This document shows, piece after piece, positions 61,381 through 64,000 of a DNA stretch of 64,000 nucleotides. Numbering within the stretch: the first letter of the stretch is position 1; every line of letters starts with the position of its first letter. The notes beneath the pieces were generated by a model. It was not told where the DNA came from. It worked only from the letters and a program-made list of their open reading frames with translations, and did no database searches. The stretch comes from Haliotis rubra (taxonomy: Eukaryota). The stretch covers positions 9,052,001 to 9,116,000 of the forward strand of contig NW_025764891.1 in NCBI RefSeq assembly GCF_003918875.1. Direction: 5' to 3'. The position numbers and the translations under genes were made by a program.

Positions 61381-62672
61381 TGACCACCCCTGGGCGCAAC
61401 TTTCCCTTGTCCTTGTTCTTTGACCACCCCAGGGCGCAACTTTCCCTTGTCCTTGCTCTTTGACCACCCCAGGGGGCAACTTTCCCTTGTCTTTGCTCTT
61501 TGACCACCCCAGGGCGCAACTTCCCCTTGTCCTTGTTCTTTGACCACCCCAGGGCGCAACTTCCCCTTGTCCTTGCTCTTTGACCACCCCAGGGCGCAAC
61601 TTTTCCTTGTCCTTGCTCTTTGACCACCCCAGGGCGCAACTTTCCCTTGTCCTTGCTCTTTGACCACCCCAGGGCGCAACTTTCCCTTGTCCTTGTTCTT
61701 TGACCACCCCAGGGCGCAACTTTTCCCTTGTCCTTGTTCTTTGACCACCCCAGGGCGCAACTTTCCCTTGTCCTTGTTCTTTGACCACCCCAGGGCGCAA
61801 CTTTCCCTTGTCCTTGTTCTTTGACCACCCCAGGGCGCAACTTTCCCTTGTCCTTGTTCTTTGACCACCCCAGGGCGCAACTTTCCCTTGTCCTTGCTCT
61901 TGACCACCCCAGGGCGCAACTTTCCCTTGTCCTTGTTCTTTGACCACCCCAGGGCGCAACTTTCCCTTGTCCTTGCTCTTTGACCACCCCAGGGCGCAAC
62001 TTTCCCTTGTCCTTGCTCTTTGACCACCCCAGGGCGCAACTTTCCCTTGTCCTTGTTCTTTGACCACCCCAGGCGCAACTTTCCCTTGTCCTTTGCTCTT
62101 TGACCACCCCAGGGCGCAACTTTCCCTTGTCCTTGTTCTTTGACCACCCCAGGCGCAACTTTCCCTTTTGTCCTCTTGACCACCCCAGGGCGCAACTTTC
62201 CCTTGCTCTTTGACCACCCCCAGGGCGCAACTTTCCCTTTGTCCTTGTTCTTTTGACCACCCCAGGGCGCAACTTTGACCACCCCAGGGCGCAACTTTCC
62301 TTTGTCCTTTGTTCTTTGACCACCCCAGGGCGCAACTTTCCCTTGTCCTTGCTCTTTGACCACCCCAGGGCGCAACTTTCCCTTGTCCTTGTTCTTTGAC
62401 CACCCCAGGGCGCAACTTTCCCTTGTCCTTGCTCTTTGACCACCCCAGGGCGCAACTTTCCCTTGTCCTTGTTCTTTGACCACTTCAGGGCGCAACTTTC
62501 CCTTGTCCTTGTTCTTTGACCCCAGGGCGCAACTTTCCCTTGTCCTTGTTCTTTGACCACCCCAGGGCGCAACTTTCCCTTGTCCTTTGACTACCCCAGG
62601 GCGCAACTTTCCCTTGTCCTTGTTCTTTGACTACCCCAGGGCGCAACTTTCCCTTGTCCTTGTTCTTTGACT
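61381..62672. repeat. 40-bp GC-rich minisatellite, about 32 copies
   Basis: TGACCACCCCAGGGCGCAACTTTCCCTTGTCCTTGTTCTT. Confidence 0.96.
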
Positions 62673-64000
62673 AAGTCACAGATTTCAGTTTAATGGCATC
62701 GGATGGTTTCTTACCAATTAATCCAGTTACTTCGCTATTTATCGCTAACACGCATCATAATGGGTAGTGAGCGATCTCGTGCCTCCATATTCTACTAAAG
62801 ACAATGTCATGGGCATAATTTACATGGAGATGCATAGGAAAAGTACTTTTCAGACCATGTGAACACGAAGATTAGTCACTTGAAGGTCCGTAACGTTAAG
62901 CAAAGTGAAACAAGCGTCTGTAAAATACGTCACACTTTGTTGTAGCGTGGCCATTCTTTCAAATGTTTACCTCTCTAATTGTTGTCTTAAGAGCCGATTA
63001 AATTGGCAAGGTATCGATGTGACCGACAGGTGGACTTGTGTTCTCATGAATGTTCTCAAAACCTAGTTCACCTGCCTTGAGCAATTTCGACCGCCCTGAT
63101 CAAGCGCGCATTTAGCCGGTTGCGGCGCAAAACAACATCCAACAACCATAAGATTGTGGCCATCTCACAGTCGAAGTCAAAACGAAGCTTATACACCGAC
63201 ATATATACTAGACATAATAAGTTAGGGATATTGGTATTTTTATGATTTATATTTTATCAGTGTGTCAATGAATAAATAGATCATTATTCATAATTTCAAA
63301 ATTTGCATATATCCCTAACTATATTTGTTCAGTATATATTTCTGGAATATGACGGCGTTAACTAACAAACAACCACAAACATGTACACCGACATAAACCA
63401 GGTTAATTGCAATGGAAGCTGATCGAATTGAAAGAATCACTCGTAAAATATACCAGTACACACTTCAACTTATACTGTATCTCAGTGGGATAACGATGTT
63501 AAACTACGGCATGGTATGTTATTGGTTGGTCTGTTGTTTAATGCCGCACTCAGCAATATTCCAGCTATATGGCGGCGGTCTGTAAATAATCGAGCATGGA
63601 CCAGACAATCCAGTGATAGACAGCATGAGCATCGATCTAAGCAATTGGGAACCGATGACATGTGTCAACCAAGTCAGCGAGCCTGACCTTCCGATCCCGT
63701 TAGTCGCCTTTACGACAAGCATGGGTTACTGAAGATCAATTCTAATCCGGATCTTCACGGGTCGGGCTCTGTTGGACGTGGTTGCTGACGACCAATTCTA
63801 ACCTGAATCTTCAGAGATTGCATTTGGTATATTGTGTCTGTGGCTCAGCTGTACAAAGGCAGGTATTAGTCTCCATGCTAGCACAAGCAGCCACAAACAC
63901 GTCCATGCACGTCGCTATGTTAGTACAAAACAATTGCACTCGACGTTCAACCACACTTCATCTTGTTTGTTTGCTTTCTGTCTAACGCCGAACTAGTGAT

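Noticed and set aside
61295-62606. Three 365-434 aa ORFs
   Set aside because: Translations of a stop-free 40-bp satellite in all three frames; not genes.

Overview
Eukaryotic, intron-containing and repeat-rich DNA, probably from an invertebrate such as a mollusc (inferred from the SINE types, not proven). The window holds a tandem cluster of five minus-strand CLN5-family genes (lysosomal NlpC/P60-fold Cys-His-Glu enzyme; BMP synthase/S-depalmitoylase in mammals), all with the same 5-exon structure. Copy 1 is the conserved orthologue and its last exon lies off the left edge. Copies 2-4 are intact but highly divergent; they keep the catalytic His and Cys and have Glu replaced by Asp. Copy 5 carries one CGA>TGA nonsense change. 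Copies 3-5 lack about 18 aa of the C-terminal amphipathic membrane-binding helix and have TATA-like promoters. An 8-exon plus-strand COMMD6 gene, with a full N-terminal domain and a 1-bp frameshift in a C run, sits inside the cluster head-to-head with copy 2; three MiT/TFE (CLEAR/M-box) motifs lie between them. The rest is at least four SINE families, hAT and Tc1/mariner MITEs with clear TSDs, degenerate LINE fragments, several minisatellites and one N gap. Most long ORFs in the supplied track are satellite or SINE artefacts. All alignments were done by eye against remembered reference proteins.
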